In this document: positions 21,806 to 32,070 of the stretch, piece by piece
How the letters are laid out: the number at the start of each line of letters is the position of its first letter
How positions within the stretch are numbered: position 1 is the first letter of the stretch
IMG/VR virus record: IMGVR_UViG_3300024259_000012
Length of the DNA stretch: 64,000 nucleotides
Strand: one strand, 5' to 3'
Source of the DNA: a virus
Program-made: the position numbers and the translations under genes
Notes under the pieces: model-generated
Database searches by the model: none
Seen by the model: the letters and a program-made list of their open reading frames with translations, nothing else
What the model was told of the DNA's origin: nothing

Positions 21806-22726
21806 CTATTTAATCTCGTTTAATATTTCAATTAGTGTTGCCATAAAGCAAATTTCTTTATCTATAACCAAGGCGTCCGCCTTTTGTCCTTCATTTAAAA
21901 TCATAATAATCTGCGCCAAATGGTCGGTTGCAAAGTCATCAAGATTGCTATATAAAAATGCATACATCTCGCTAAATTGTGTTATGGAGTTGTCTGCGAG
22001 CAGTTGTCTTGAATTTTTGAATGCATCCTTCTTATTGTCCGTTTTCAATATTTCAAGTATTTTCAATTTGTAATCATTTTCGATAACTGCGTGCGTATCC
22101 ACAGTTAATGTCCCATCAACAGACTGCTTTTGTAAGTTATTGATAACCCGCCTGATATCTGGATAACTACTGTTCACAATCAACGCAATATCCTTGATGT
22201 CAAATTCAACATTTTCCCGAGCTAACACGGACGTGGCGTGAACCGCAACTTCCTTCTTTGATGGTGGAATGATTTCAAATATTTGACATCTACTTTGTAC
22301 GGGGTCGATTATGCGCTCCACATAATTGCAAGTCAAAATGAATCGAGTTGTTCTACTGAACGTCTCCATGGTATTTCTAAGTGCGGCCTGTGCATTCGGC
22401 GTTAAGAAATCAGCTTCATCTAAAATAACAAGCTTCAAATCTTTAAAGCCAACTGAGCTTGCAAATGGTATAATCTCATTTCGAATGAAATCAACCCCAC
22501 CCTTATCGGATGCATTGATATACATGTGGTCACACTCTATCGAATTGTGAAGCATTTTTCCAAGAGTTGTCTTGCCTGTTCCGGCTGGTCCATATAACAA
22601 TAAATGTGGAACGTCCCCACTGTCTAAGAAACGTTGAAGTTTCTCTTTGAGGTGAACATTGCCCACGAATGTGTCCAATGTTGTTGGGCGATACTTCTCC
22701 GCCCAAAGTGAATTTTCTCTAACCAT
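21806..22726 (-). CDS. Clamp loader AAA+ subunit (RFC/gp44-like)
   Basis: LWAEKYRP, GPAGTGKT, NASD, LDEAD, QSRC. Confidence 0.92.
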   Translation of the reverse strand: MVRENSLWAEKYRPTTLDTFVGNVHLKEKLQRFLDSGDVPHLLLYGPAGTGKTTLGKMLHNSIECDHMYINASDKGGVDFIRNEIIPFASSVGFKDLKLVILDEADFLTPNAQAALRNTMETFSRTTRFILTCNYVERIIDPVQSRCQIFEIIPPSKKEVAVHATSVLARENVEFDIKDIALIVNSSYPDIRRVINNLQKQSVDGTLTVDTHAVIENDYKLKILEILKTDNKKDAFKNSRQLLADNSITQFSEMYAFLYSNLDDFATDHLAQIIMILNEGQKADALVIDKEICFMATLIEILNEIK

Positions 22727-22789
22727 AACTGTTCTTCCTTTATAACCTTATATACTTATATATAAATAGTGTGTCAATTCCTCAAACGA

Positions 22790-25282
22790 TTAAAAAAATC
22801 GGTCAAGCGTGTATTTTTTATTTTGGGGCATGTCCCAATCCAATGCATCATACAATTTCTGAATCTTGCCGTTCAACAGCTTTTCATACATTTTGCCATA
22901 ATCAATATATTCATTGAGGAATGTTAAGATTTCCTTGGGGTCTTCGTAGCCCTTGTATGCAAGCGAGTTAATTTTAAATATGTTGTCCTTGAGATATACA
23001 ACCTTTATCTTATCACCGCCTCGTATTGGAAGGTATGACCCTCCGATGTTCATGTGTACCAATAAGTCATTATATGCCAAGGCAGACTTCACATGAATTG
23101 GCGTTCCCTTTTTATATTTATGAAATAACCCACCCTTTGCATTCTGATATTTTTTAAGAGTTTTGACCCCCGTTGGCCCTGCGATATCATCCACCGGTAA
23201 AAATTCAACCCCGTCTTTAAAATCAATAATACGCTCATCTATTTTATCCTTTGGAACATTGGCTAAAATATCTTCAAGTATGTTTTGCAGGTTGCCCCTG
23301 AAAGCGGATGGAAAATTACTACGAACCGTATCAAGCCCCTTAACCTCAAGCTTATCGACCTTAACACCATTGTCATTGATAATTCTCAGACCATAGCGTT
23401 TTTTGGTTACGAAAAACCCAGACTTGGCAATCAATTCTTGCTTAATCTCAAACCGGTGCGCCCCTCGAACATTGCAAAACCTCTGCGCAAAATAATTATA
23501 CGAATTATTGATATACGCCTGAACTTCACCGGCAATCAGCCGGATATTTTCGGCCATTAGCACATCATTCATTTTCTTCTTCGGAAACTTATGTTTTATA
23601 AGTGGAACCGAGCTTAAAAATAAGGAATCAGTATCAACGTATATTACATAATCCTTATCCGTTCCCAACGTGTCATTATAATAATGATTTGCAATTTTCT
23701 TGGAAAATTTAATTAAATCCACCCCCGTTGCAGTTACTGCAAGGGCATTGTCAAGGTCATAAAATCTAAATCCTGGGAGTCCCAATGTTCCATACAAAGA
23801 ATTCAATAGAATCTTTTGAATATGCTGTCTGCGATTGAAATAATCGTACTTAACATTGTCGCCCGCATCGGCATATTTCTTGGCAAGTTTTCGAAACTCT
23901 ACACGACTCTCAAACCAATCAACAAGCAGTGATGGAACCAATCCACGTTTTGTGGTTTTGTATAGTATTCCATTAGACGAAATTGAACATGGCGTTCGCT
24001 TAAAAAACGTTTTCAATTCGTCCGATGATAGATGTTGCATGGCGGCAGTTTTGTATTTAACATCATATATCGCCTCAGTGTCCCCGACAAAGTTTCCAGT
24101 ATCCCAATTTTTCACATATCCAACTTTAGTCTCTGGAGAAATATTAAGGGACATAATGATGCTTGGATACATGGACGTTAAATCCAAATCGTATATCCAA
24201 TCCCATCTACCCTTTTGGGGTGGTTGGATATATGCTCCGGCGAAGTGCGAATCTTCATTATCATTGGCCACTCGATTTGGTGCTACGATACCGTGGCGTT
24301 TTAAATACACGAGCATTGCACCTTCCAAGAAGCGGCTTGAAAAATATACGTCCTCGTATGGAACGTGCCCCAAATGGCATGTTCCTCGTGCGATTTCAAT
24401 GAAATTCAACTTATCATCAAGCAGTTTTATTAGCCTAACATCATGAATATTGTATTCCACGAATTTCTCAATATCATCTTCATAAAGCGTTACCAACGTG
24501 CCGTCATATTCAATTTTTTGGCCAACCTTTTCGTGCTGTCCAACAGCGTCCAATCGGTAGCTACTTAACTGACTGAATGTAAAATTCTTGTACAGTTTCA
24601 AATAATCTAAGCATGACACGCCCGCAATCTTATACCCACCTTTGAAATCATTCCACTCCACTATCCCGATAGGTGATAACGAATTGGCTATTTCATGGTC
24701 AACCACTTGAAGTGACCTGTTATAAATGTATGGTATATCAAATCCATCAATGTTCCATCCAGTTAAAATGGTCGGAGCCAATTCATCATAAATCTGATAG
24801 AACCTATGCAACAAATCCTTCTCAGTGTCAAACACTTCTATAGACTCATTCTCGGTTTGCGAATCATGAATGCGATTATGCTCGTCCAACACAACGGTAT
24901 AATATTTATCAGCCGCCATGTCACATAATGTTATGGCATTAATTCTATCTGAAGCGATTTCAGGATATGGAAACCCATCCGTTACCTCAACTTCAATATC
25001 AAGCGCAACAACGGTGTGGCCGGTGGACGGCTCATCATCCGCCATATATGTGTCAATTAGCACACGAGTTGCGGGCGAAACATCACTTTCAAACAAATCT
25101 TTATCAGTTTTGTTCCATTGAGTTACCCGCTGTAATTTATCACCATACAATGAAACGGCAGTGCCATTTGAACTTTTCTTGTATGCATATTTTTTATACG
25201 GAAACGTCGTATATCCATCTACATCGTCCCATAGATGAACCTTTGGACGACCGCTGTAATCCACGTAAATATTTTTATAAAT
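22790..25282 (-). CDS. Family B DNA polymerase, probable ATT start
   Basis: DIEV exo I, DLTSMYPS, KILLNSLYG, YVDTDS, KKRY; AGGAG 6 nt before ATT at 25282. Confidence 0.95.
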   Translation of the reverse strand: MYKNIYVDYSGRPKVHLWDDVDGYTTFPYKKYAYKKSSNGTAVSLYGDKLQRVTQWNKTDKDLFESDVSPATRVLIDTYMADDEPSTGHTVVALDIEVEVTDGFPYPEIASDRINAITLCDMAADKYYTVVLDEHNRIHDSQTENESIEVFDTEKDLLHRFYQIYDELAPTILTGWNIDGFDIPYIYNRSLQVVDHEIANSLSPIGIVEWNDFKGGYKIAGVSCLDYLKLYKNFTFSQLSSYRLDAVGQHEKVGQKIEYDGTLVTLYEDDIEKFVEYNIHDVRLIKLLDDKLNFIEIARGTCHLGHVPYEDVYFSSRFLEGAMLVYLKRHGIVAPNRVANDNEDSHFAGAYIQPPQKGRWDWIYDLDLTSMYPSIIMSLNISPETKVGYVKNWDTGNFVGDTEAIYDVKYKTAAMQHLSSDELKTFFKRTPCSISSNGILYKTTKRGLVPSLLVDWFESRVEFRKLAKKYADAGDNVKYDYFNRRQHIQKILLNSLYGTLGLPGFRFYDLDNALAVTATGVDLIKFSKKIANHYYNDTLGTDKDYVIYVDTDSLFLSSVPLIKHKFPKKKMNDVLMAENIRLIAGEVQAYINNSYNYFAQRFCNVRGAHRFEIKQELIAKSGFFVTKKRYGLRIINDNGVKVDKLEVKGLDTVRSNFPSAFRGNLQNILEDILANVPKDKIDERIIDFKDGVEFLPVDDIAGPTGVKTLKKYQNAKGGLFHKYKKGTPIHVKSALAYNDLLVHMNIGGSYLPIRGGDKIKVVYLKDNIFKINSLAYKGYEDPKEILTFLNEYIDYGKMYEKLLNGKIQKLYDALDWDMPQNKKYTLDRFF

Positions 25283-25291
25283 GTTCGACTC

Positions 25292-25600
25292 CTATTCGTT
25301 GATAAATAACATTCCTGGGTAGTGCTCCACAAGTATGTCATGCTGGTCAATGTCACTTTCGAAATATGTATCCATTAGTGGCAGTGATTCCAACACTGCG
25401 AGTTTATGTTCAACAATTGTTTTAAATGTAACCAGTGAGTTTGGTGCGGGGTTATAATATACAACATTATAAATGCCCTTTGAATATAATAGCTTATTAA
25501 ATTTGATAGCTTCTTCATAACTGATGCCAGTTATAATAATGTCATCATCCTTTAAAGTGTTATATTTTCCTTCCAAGCTTGGAAATGAAAATCCTCTCAT
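25292..25600 (-). CDS. Hypothetical protein (degenerate HAD-like)
   Basis: IIITG and YFESD motifs, but no DxD motif I. Confidence 0.5.
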   Translation of the reverse strand: MRGFSFPSLEGKYNTLKDDDIIITGISYEEAIKFNKLLYSKGIYNVVYYNPAPNSLVTFKTIVEHKLAVLESLPLMDTYFESDIDQHDILVEHYPGMLFINE

Positions 25601-25602
25601 TC

Positions 25603-27603
25603 TTACTCCTCGTTTTCTGGCTGTGCAACAACATCTTCAATTAAGCACGTCTGTGAATCACAGAATCGCTCAATTTCAGCTTCTTCCCCTCTGACCTTAA
25701 CAAAGCTAAGGTATTTCAAATTGCTACGTTGTTTGGCGTACTCTTCTTCTGTAATCTCTTCGTATGGCATCTGCTTGTAGGCACCTACCTCAGTCTTTGG
25801 TAAGAAGGAAATTCCCTTCAATTGATACTGAAAAAAGTTCAGTGCAAATGGCAGTTGGTGACCTTCGGTTTCTGGGTCAAATGTAATGGTTGAACTAACC
25901 TGATTGTCCGACCAATATTTTTGCATGAAAGCTGTCAATGACAACTGTTCCCACATTGATAGGTCGCTTACCGTGCGTATTCCAGCACCAACATCAACCG
26001 GAATCTCAACTACAACCGTTGACTGCTCTGAGCCAAAGGCGGGTTCAATTTTATACCCCGCATTTTTCAATGGCGTCAACAATTTACTGTGATTAGATAA
26101 CCTAACCCTGCGAATATAAAATCGTGATTCCGGATAGTGTAATCCAGGGGTGGCACCTGCTAATAATGATACTGTCCCGCTTGGCTTGATAGACGTTAAT
26201 TTAATGCTCCGTGGTATTGCAAACCAATCGGAATAAACTTCATCCCACCGTTGCAACTCTTCATACCCATGTTCTGCCCAATCCTTTAATTCATGGATGC
26301 CACGGTTCGTAATGAACTGAGCAATGCCACTCATTGAAGTTCCTATTCTGCGATTTCTGAGCATGACTCTATTTGTCTCAGGCCAATGAGTTTGTCCTAA
26401 TGTGACAGTTTTGGCATACAGATACGCATACTTTAATGTTCGTAAATAATCTTCTCTTGATGTATGATTTTCGGGAAATGTTTCAACGAGACAACAAAGC
26501 TCGTATGATTCTAACGACTGTTCAAGGCAAGGGTTCCCACCTTTTACTCGCTTGTCTTTCCAATCTTTTCCATTCCGCATACGGGAATAGCTTTGCATGT
26601 TTTCCAACCATGCAAATCCTGGCTCTCCATTGTCATTGATTCTCTCACATACTGGAGCATAATCCATGCCAAGTTCTGCGAATATAGAATTATTTGATGT
26701 CCACCCATATTCTTCTCGCTGTGGGTTTACTTCATAATTTTTAAGGTCAAGGTATTCATCATCTGTGGGGTCACCAAATACAATTTCAGCAGTGCGTCTC
26801 ACATTGCCTGCCACAACACATTTTCCAATAAGATTCATAATGTCCACAATTGTCGTAATCGTAAGCGGGCTTCCGGAATTTCCATCCAATGTTTTACGCA
26901 CAGTTTCAATAGCCTCTTCTAAGGGCTTGTAGCCGCTACTGGTGCCACCGAACCCTTTAATGGGGTCTCCCTCTGGCCTCACCAACGAATAGTCGTATTC
27001 GAGCACTGAGGTGCCTTGAAAGTAACTTTCAATCAACAGCTTCATTGCTTCAACCCAACCTTCACGAGTATCCGGAACTTGAAACGTCTCCACCTGCCTC
27101 GTTGCGTTTGGTCCTTTTACAATAATCTTACCTGCACCCTTGGTATCAAATCCAACTCCAACTCCAAGCATCGAAGCGTCCATGAGAAAGGTGAATGGCT
27201 TTGCCAAATCGTCTTTGATTGTTTCGGTGGATACAAATGCACAGTTATTGAGTGCCGCATACAAATTCTTCTCTTCAGTAATCGGCGTCCCCATTGCCCA
27301 CAATCCACGACCTGGCGGTAAAAATTTCATCTCGAAAATACGCTCATACATCTCTTGCGCCGACCTCTGCGCTTGCCAAGCGTTCCATTGCAATTGCATA
27401 CCATCAATCCATTTTTTCTGCATGTTGTATGTACCTTCAACTACACGCTTGACGGTTTCCCACCATTGTTCATTTGAACCATCTTCTTTAATACGTGAAT
27501 AGGTTCTCATGTATACCAATGCACCCAACCCGTTAAACCCAAATGGTGCTCTTTTTCTTTTATACCCATTCAGAAAATTATCTGATAAGCTAAATTTTGT
27601 CAT
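25603..27603 (-). CDS. nrdJ: Class II (adenosylcobalamin-dependent) ribonucleotide reductase, monomeric RTPR type
   Basis: FLPPGRGLW, LNNC, GNVRRTAE, GGNPCLEQ, IKPSGTVS, C-terminal FCDSQTC. Confidence 0.92.
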   Translation of the reverse strand: MTKFSLSDNFLNGYKRKRAPFGFNGLGALVYMRTYSRIKEDGSNEQWWETVKRVVEGTYNMQKKWIDGMQLQWNAWQAQRSAQEMYERIFEMKFLPPGRGLWAMGTPITEEKNLYAALNNCAFVSTETIKDDLAKPFTFLMDASMLGVGVGFDTKGAGKIIVKGPNATRQVETFQVPDTREGWVEAMKLLIESYFQGTSVLEYDYSLVRPEGDPIKGFGGTSSGYKPLEEAIETVRKTLDGNSGSPLTITTIVDIMNLIGKCVVAGNVRRTAEIVFGDPTDDEYLDLKNYEVNPQREEYGWTSNNSIFAELGMDYAPVCERINDNGEPGFAWLENMQSYSRMRNGKDWKDKRVKGGNPCLEQSLESYELCCLVETFPENHTSREDYLRTLKYAYLYAKTVTLGQTHWPETNRVMLRNRRIGTSMSGIAQFITNRGIHELKDWAEHGYEELQRWDEVYSDWFAIPRSIKLTSIKPSGTVSLLAGATPGLHYPESRFYIRRVRLSNHSKLLTPLKNAGYKIEPAFGSEQSTVVVEIPVDVGAGIRTVSDLSMWEQLSLTAFMQKYWSDNQVSSTITFDPETEGHQLPFALNFFQYQLKGISFLPKTEVGAYKQMPYEEITEEEYAKQRSNLKYLSFVKVRGEEAEIERFCDSQTCLIEDVVAQPENEE

Positions 27604-27817
27604 TATTATTTCTCCTCGTTTCTCCGCCTATTAATATTTGCTCAGCCATCTTTTTCAATCGCTGTCTATCTCGTTCTATTTGGTCTGGATGTGGAATAGA
27701 TGTCGGCTTCCCCATATATGCCTTCGGAACCGCAAGCGACTCCAACATTTTCTTTTGAAGATATTCTATATCAGATATTGGAACAACTTCATACATCCTA
27801 TAATTACACCACGCCAT
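27590..27817 (-). CDS. Small protein containing a portal-protein-like segment
   Basis: DIEYLQKKMLESLAVPKAYMG; TAATG coupling to helicase. Confidence 0.55.
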   Translation of the reverse strand: MAWCNYRMYEVVPISDIEYLQKKMLESLAVPKAYMGKPTSIPHPDQIERDRQRLKKMAEQILIGGETRRNNNDKI

Positions 27818-29196
27818 TATTCAAATCCACCCGTTTTCTCCTCATCAACAACAAGCGTTTGATATTTCTTTGACAATTCTCTACGCTTGAATTCTTCTCG
27901 GTCATCCATGCGACCCTGTTGCTTTTGACCGTTATGTGACAGCTCCTCATACATCTCAAAGATGCCCGAGTCGGTATTCATCTTCATTGGTAGTGTTATT
28001 CCGTCCCGACCAAAGCGATTTTTGATTATGTGACACCTTCCAGTGTCCGCAATCTTATCTTCAACTTTACGACTGATTGACATTACAAAATCTGCGGTCA
28101 TCACCTTTGAATAATCTTCGGCGATTTTCTCTGCACCAATTATGTCCTCTTCCAATGAACTCCTTGAGGACTGTGAAGCTGTCCAAACTGGAACTCCAAG
28201 TTCTCCGGCCATTCCACGTAAATCTTCATAAATACGTCGTAATTGAAATCTTAAATCTTTTGCTCCGGATGTGTCTCTGAGCAAATCAGCATAGTCCACG
28301 ACAATCAAATCGGGCTGTATTTGCTGTAATTCCATTTGCTTGATATGCGCCATCAGTGTAGTCACTCCGGCACCACGCTGTGGATAATATTTAACAGTCA
28401 TGTTACCGGCCAAACCACTGAGTGCCTTTGCAACATCTTCTTTGTGATATTTAATATTCGCCGTTGGGACGTGACTAAAAATAGTATCGAACCGTGTACC
28501 CACATAATGCTCATTCAATTCCAACGTATAATAAACTACCTTCAATCCGGCTCTAATCCCTGCGGCGGCGATTGCTTGAAGTATCCACGACTTACCAATA
28601 CCTGCGGGTGCAACCACAACCCCAAGTTCTCCGGCGGCCAGCCCACCGTCCATCAATTCTGAAAGTGCATTCCATGGTGTCGCTATTGTATCTCTTACAT
28701 TTTTTGTCAATCTTGCTTCCAATCCTGTTATATAATCATGTCCCAAATCTCTCGGGGCACCCGCCTTCATGGCTTCATCAATCAAACCTTTGATTGCGTC
28801 GTATTCTCCTGATTCCAACAAATCTACCGAATCAATAATTGCAGTTTTTAACACCTGATTTTTACAGAATTCAAGTATCTTTTCCTGCACAAATTCCAAG
28901 TCGGTTGCTTCCAACTGAGACCACGCCGCTTTCAGTTTCTCTATAACTGATACCTGTAAGATATCATTCTCAATATCATCGACCTGAATCTTTAATACGT
29001 CCAATGTTGGAATGTGCTTATACTTGAAAAAGTATTCTGAAATGTGCTCGACCAACCATTTGTTGCCGTCGCTGTCAAACATATCAGGATTGAGAATATC
29101 ACCTATTTGTTGAATAAAAGATGTGTCCTTCAGCAGTGATGTTACAACTTTGGTTTGGAATGAATTTCCAAATCTGCTTAGAGTTTCCTCTGACAT
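27817..29196 (-). CDS. Replicative DnaB/gp41-like helicase
   Basis: APAGIGKS, YTLEL, VVDYADLL, VWTASQ, IKNRFG. Confidence 0.92.
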   Translation of the reverse strand: MSEETLSRFGNSFQTKVVTSLLKDTSFIQQIGDILNPDMFDSDGNKWLVEHISEYFFKYKHIPTLDVLKIQVDDIENDILQVSVIEKLKAAWSQLEATDLEFVQEKILEFCKNQVLKTAIIDSVDLLESGEYDAIKGLIDEAMKAGAPRDLGHDYITGLEARLTKNVRDTIATPWNALSELMDGGLAAGELGVVVAPAGIGKSWILQAIAAAGIRAGLKVVYYTLELNEHYVGTRFDTIFSHVPTANIKYHKEDVAKALSGLAGNMTVKYYPQRGAGVTTLMAHIKQMELQQIQPDLIVVDYADLLRDTSGAKDLRFQLRRIYEDLRGMAGELGVPVWTASQSSRSSLEEDIIGAEKIAEDYSKVMTADFVMSISRKVEDKIADTGRCHIIKNRFGRDGITLPMKMNTDSGIFEMYEELSHNGQKQQGRMDDREEFKRRELSKKYQTLVVDEEKTGGFE

Positions 29197-29200
29197 ACCA

Positions 29201-29812
29201 TTACCTATTTTTTACGTTGCACATGGTGGTTGCTTTTTGTCGCTCACACTCAAATACAAATCGCCAAATTCGTTTTACCTTCTGCACATCAACCAACTTA
29301 ATCAAATACCAGTTCCTAAGTGCCATATCGGTTAGCACGCCGGTAACATCACCTATAGTTGGGCGGGATGACCGCCAAAAATTTATGAAGTGTTGCTCCA
29401 TAATTCCATTCAAACAGTTGACCCCGACCACAGGAAATGTAAATACTAAACCGGCTTTGGGCTTCATCATTTCAAAGACAACAGGAAAAAATAGGTCTGG
29501 ATACCCATATGAATCAATATCAATAAAATCATATTTTTTTCGCTCTCCACGCAATTTGTAAATTGCATCGAAACTGCTCCCAAATTCTTCCTTGGTCATC
29601 GGCGTAACCTTACCATGCTCTTGATAATATTTTGTTAAATTTCCCTGCCCCGCAAAGACTTCCAAAATGTTGCCATGTATCAAATCTAAGTGATTATCTA
29701 ACTGCGCCATCTTTTCATCTGGGTGGTGGTACTCATCCTCGTTTCCCGCTTGCTTAGCTCGGGTTTCCTTGTGTGTCTCTTTAGTGTGCCCTACCATCGG
29801 TATCCTCTTCAA
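29201..29812 (-). CDS. Class I SAM-dependent methyltransferase-like protein
   Basis: ILEVFAGQG motif I; YDFIDIDSYGYP. Confidence 0.65.
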   Translation of the reverse strand: MKRIPMVGHTKETHKETRAKQAGNEDEYHHPDEKMAQLDNHLDLIHGNILEVFAGQGNLTKYYQEHGKVTPMTKEEFGSSFDAIYKLRGERKKYDFIDIDSYGYPDLFFPVVFEMMKPKAGLVFTFPVVGVNCLNGIMEQHFINFWRSSRPTIGDVTGVLTDMALRNWYLIKLVDVQKVKRIWRFVFECERQKATTMCNVKNR

Positions 29813-30194
29813 GCACGTCTAAAATTTTACGTGCGTATACTCTATCGTATTCTTTAATTTCGTCTGTTAATTCTTCATATGGAACCCAATAGGATTCCCA
29901 GTTTTTTAATTTATCAGAAATTTTCTTTTTCATTCTTAGTGATGCCCTATTATTCTGCCCGTCGGGGAGTGAATCATGTGCTTCCTGTAATAATTCTGCA
30001 ATTGACTTGCTCCAAGCTTCCCACTGTTGGTGTTCTAAATCTGATAATTTTTCTAACATATCAGCACTTTTTAATAACTCTATAACGTCGGTAAATTTAA
30101 CATATGCTCCTCCGCCATACTTGCCAAATTCTGTTTCATCGGTGCCGCCGTAAACATCACTAACACCGTGCATTCCATATCTTTGTAGTTTCAT
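29781..30194 (-). CDS. Hypothetical protein with RyR-like motif
   Basis: EHQQW...VPYEELTDEIKEYDR. Confidence 0.55.
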   Translation of the reverse strand: MKLQRYGMHGVSDVYGGTDETEFGKYGGGAYVKFTDVIELLKSADMLEKLSDLEHQQWEAWSKSIAELLQEAHDSLPDGQNNRASLRMKKKISDKLKNWESYWVPYEELTDEIKEYDRVYARKILDVLEEDTDGRAH

Positions 30195-30245
30195 AACATT
30201 TCTCCTTGTTTCTTTGCGTATAAATACTTATCATATATACTGTTA

Positions 30246-31898
30246 TTAAACGACCTTAAATTCATTTTTCCATTTATTTTTCGGACTGAAAAACAATCGA
30301 GCAATGTTGCTGTCCAATGCGTATGACATTGAGAAGTCTTTGTTATTTCGTGTTGACCTCCCCAATCCCTGTATGATTTTGTATATGGTCATTAGCTCAT
30401 ATATGTCAGGATAATTATCAAATATGTATCGTATCCTCTTATCACCCAATGACGGGTATGGTGCCTTCGTAAGAATTTGAAACCGTGATTCATCGTCAGG
30501 CAAATCAATACCCTCAAATAACGACGGTGATATCAAAACCGACGGCTTGCCGTTTGTCTTGTGGTCATGCACAGAATCAGCCAATAAGCTTCCACGCTCA
30601 TGCTCAACCAAGTTTCCCGCCCTGCGTTTTCTAATTACATTCGCCACCTGCTCGGTAAGCTTAAATGATGATGTCAATATTATACCATTCACATCAGCAT
30701 GTTCTTTGATAATGTCCGCTACAACGTTTCCGACCTGATTCACAAAGGCGGGGTTGTTCAAATTTTTATAATTGTAACTACCGTGCTTCAAAAATGCTAC
30801 ACTCTTACTCTCCTGCTTGAACACCGGCGATGACTTAATAAATTTTATGTCACTGCGTGGGATTCTCAATGTCTGTGAAATAAATGAAGCATCAATCGTA
30901 GCAGACATAAATAATGAATAATCTGTTGTGCGAAGACGCTTGAACATGCTACCAACAAAAATTGGAGTTATGATGAGTCCATTATCTTGAATGTCGATTG
31001 CATATTCATTTTTCTGTGTTTGCACTTCAAAAATATTACCGGATATGCTCTTAAACATCTTGATAATTTTAGCATAAGATGTATACGCTTTCATATTATT
31101 TGCACCAAAATATCGCTTGGCCTGTTCCTCATATTCTGCGATGATTTCCTCACATAGCTGTTTCATGGCTTCAATGTATGTGCCATAATTTGACAGGGTG
31201 ACCCTGCCGGTGTGCAACGCCGATGAAAATTTATCAATGCGTGGAGCGAAGCCGTCAAATCCCTCAGTCTGGAAGGTATTCATCCGAGACTTCCAAAATT
31301 TCAAATTGGACATGGTGAGCTTAAGTGCCATATGATTGCTAAACGTGTCGTTAATTAAATGCGCTTCGTCAAATACTGCTATTTGCCGTTGTTGAAATTG
31401 TTGGTTGTACATCGCTGATATGAAGTAGTATGAATAATTTGTGATAAAATGGCTCGCCTTGTATTTGCGCTCCTTTAATTCTTTAAACTCACATGCATCA
31501 CATTTCAGCCTATTGACACCTTTCAATTCTTTCATAATGCAGTGCTCAGCGGTGTCCTGCAATACAGCACACCCATAGTTGTTGGCACCCTTCACCGTAA
31601 CAAAGGCATTTCCATACTTTGAAAATGATTCCCTATACTGCTTGGTCAGCGTATTTGTGCTCATTAAAATGTATGAGCTTGGTGCAGGAACGTCTGTTAA
31701 TTTTGCTATACATTCCGCTACAATCACAGCAACGATAGATTTACCGGTTCCCGTTGGGGCGGACAGCACCACATATTCCTTCTTTTCGTCAATATATGCC
31801 ACTACAATATCATTGACTAAAGACAACTGATTATCTCTTGGCTTCAAATCAAATTTTCTGAAGCAATCCAGTATCAATTTTTCATATTTAATCTTCAT
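30246..31898 (-). CDS. DinG/XPD-like SF2 helicase
   Basis: APTGTGKS, four Cys (possible Fe-S), DEAH, MSAT, EGIDLPD, QGLGRSTR. Confidence 0.88.
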   Translation of the reverse strand: MKIKYEKLILDCFRKFDLKPRDNQLSLVNDIVVAYIDEKKEYVVLSAPTGTGKSIVAVIVAECIAKLTDVPAPSSYILMSTNTLTKQYRESFSKYGNAFVTVKGANNYGCAVLQDTAEHCIMKELKGVNRLKCDACEFKELKERKYKASHFITNYSYYFISAMYNQQFQQRQIAVFDEAHLINDTFSNHMALKLTMSNLKFWKSRMNTFQTEGFDGFAPRIDKFSSALHTGRVTLSNYGTYIEAMKQLCEEIIAEYEEQAKRYFGANNMKAYTSYAKIIKMFKSISGNIFEVQTQKNEYAIDIQDNGLIITPIFVGSMFKRLRTTDYSLFMSATIDASFISQTLRIPRSDIKFIKSSPVFKQESKSVAFLKHGSYNYKNLNNPAFVNQVGNVVADIIKEHADVNGIILTSSFKLTEQVANVIRKRRAGNLVEHERGSLLADSVHDHKTNGKPSVLISPSLFEGIDLPDDESRFQILTKAPYPSLGDKRIRYIFDNYPDIYELMTIYKIIQGLGRSTRNNKDFSMSYALDSNIARLFFSPKNKWKNEFKVV

Positions 31899-32070
31899 CG
31901 TATAACCTTTTCATTCGCTCCTGCTTGCCCTTTTCGAGCTTTTTGCGTTGATACGTTTCTCTCGCCTTGCGAAGGATTTCACTTTTATTTCGTTCGTAAT
32001 GTTCCGCTTGTCATTTGCGCTGAGCCTTTCGGCGTTCCGCATCTGACTTATATTTAAGCTTTCTACCCAT
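31888..32070 (-). CDS. Small basic protein (60 aa), 1 in-frame TGA
   Basis: MGRKLKYKSDAERRKAQRK*QAEHYERNK; TGA at 32011-32013. Confidence 0.65.

Noticed and set aside
25282-25600. TAG recoding or read-through fusing the 102 aa gene to PolB
   Set aside because: TAG ends about ten other genes at sensible boundaries and no gene needs internal TAG; SD plus ATT explains the junction more simply
22790-27603. Inteins or introns in PolB and RNR
   Set aside because: Both ORFs are continuous, of normal length and lack obvious intein terminal motifs
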